This document shows positions 63,173 through 64,000 of a stretch of 64,000 nt of DNA, piece by piece. Below the pieces are notes generated by a model that saw only the letters and a program-made list of their open reading frames with translations, had not been told where the DNA came from and did not search any database. The stretch lies in assembly GCA_964106645.2 (NCBI GenBank), contig OZ067044.1. One strand, written 5' to 3'. This stretch comes from Podarcis pityusensis. Taxonomy: Eukaryota. A program made the translations under genes and the position numbers. Position 1 is the stretch's first letter. Each line of letters starts with the position of its first letter.

Positions 63173-64000
63173 TAACTGCAGGATAAGTCTCAAGAGCATA
63201 TAATCAGTGAAGGGGACTTTGGGAGGGGGGAAGAGAGTTGGTGATGGCCACATTTTGGCTGACAACAAGGCCATTCTACATTTGCTGGTTGAAGTTCTCC
63301 ATCCTCAACTGAAAGTACACATTTCTTCTTTACTCCCTTGTTGCTCTTGTCTCTCTCCCTCCCATCCATCTGTTGTCACAGGAGCTTTGCCAGGAAAAAC
63401 AAGCTGGAAACCCTAGCAGTGTGTAATTGTTAAGTGGAATAAAGGATACAGAGCAGTAAGATTATGCATTTAACAGTAACAGTAATTTGAGGTGAAAATA
63501 GGTTGCTTTGTCCTATTCAGCTGTTGACGTTTTCTGCAAAATTGGGTGGGCTGGAGTGTGTACTCTTATGGGACAAAACTCAAAAGTAGGTGAGTGTCAA
63601 TTTAGACTATGTGTGGAAGTTACTTTGCTTCAGGCAAAGCTCTAATCTATAGAGCAAGCATTTTAGCAAAATAAAACTAGTAGGTTGAAATGCCAGTTTA
63701 TGCCTGGTAGGTAGCCTATGAACTACTTAGTGCATGGGGTGTGTGTATATAAAAGGGGTGAATAACTGGCTTAATTAGACATTTTAGTAACATAGCACCT
63801 AAAGCACAAGTGTAAAAACAACTTTTTCTGCTTGCTCTTTTATTTTGTGGTGGTCATAATGAAAAATAAAATAAAGTTATCGAGAGCTGAAGTAGAAGGA
63901 AACCAAGTAGTTTTTTCCATTCACTTTATTACTGAGCTGTGGTTACATGAACTTCCTTTTTTCTGTTATCAAAACCTCTCAGCTAAATGTCAGTTAAATA

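Larger units (their letters stand above)
931..64000 (+). other. TOX: TOX intron 1 (continues beyond the window)
   Basis: GT donor at 931. No sequence encoding the expected exon 2 was seen. Mammalian TOX intron 1 is known to be very large (>100 kb). Confidence 0.85.

Noticed and set aside
1-64000. A novel multi-gene or prokaryote-type system, endogenous virus or autonomous transposon
   Set aside because: No long ORF, transposase, integrase, intact RT or viral gene is present. The window is explained by TOX exon 1, intron 1 and non-autonomous repeats.

Overview
This is vertebrate genomic DNA, not microbial. The Sauria SINE and the MITE and L2 families point to a squamate, most likely a lacertid lizard. 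The window starts in the CpG-island promoter and 5'UTR of TOX (thymocyte selection-associated HMG-box transcription factor). Coding exon 1 is 796-930 on the + strand (MDVRFY...CLGPSPCLDPYYCNK, then an AAG|GTGATT donor). The remaining ~63 kb is the first part of the very large intron 1; I could not find exon 2 (expected FDGENMYMSMTEPSQ...). The intron contains AT-rich, homeodomain-motif-rich candidate conserved elements, a small GC-rich candidate enhancer at ~9.6 kb, CTCF-like motifs, seven short assembly gaps and many transposon relics: Tc1/mariner-type MITEs, hAT MITEs, Sauria/tRNA/5S/CORE SINEs, and L1, L2 and CR1 fragments, often nested. I found no evidence of a new multi-gene system. Almost all ORFs in the track are spurious. 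The most interesting observations are a P/Q expansion in TOX exon 1, tiny uORFs, an in-frame cryptic donor, an ~80-bp palindromic mariner-like element split by a second MITE, and an unclassified TIR element carrying a LINE tail. Repeat family names come from recognition of recalled consensus motifs, not from a database search.
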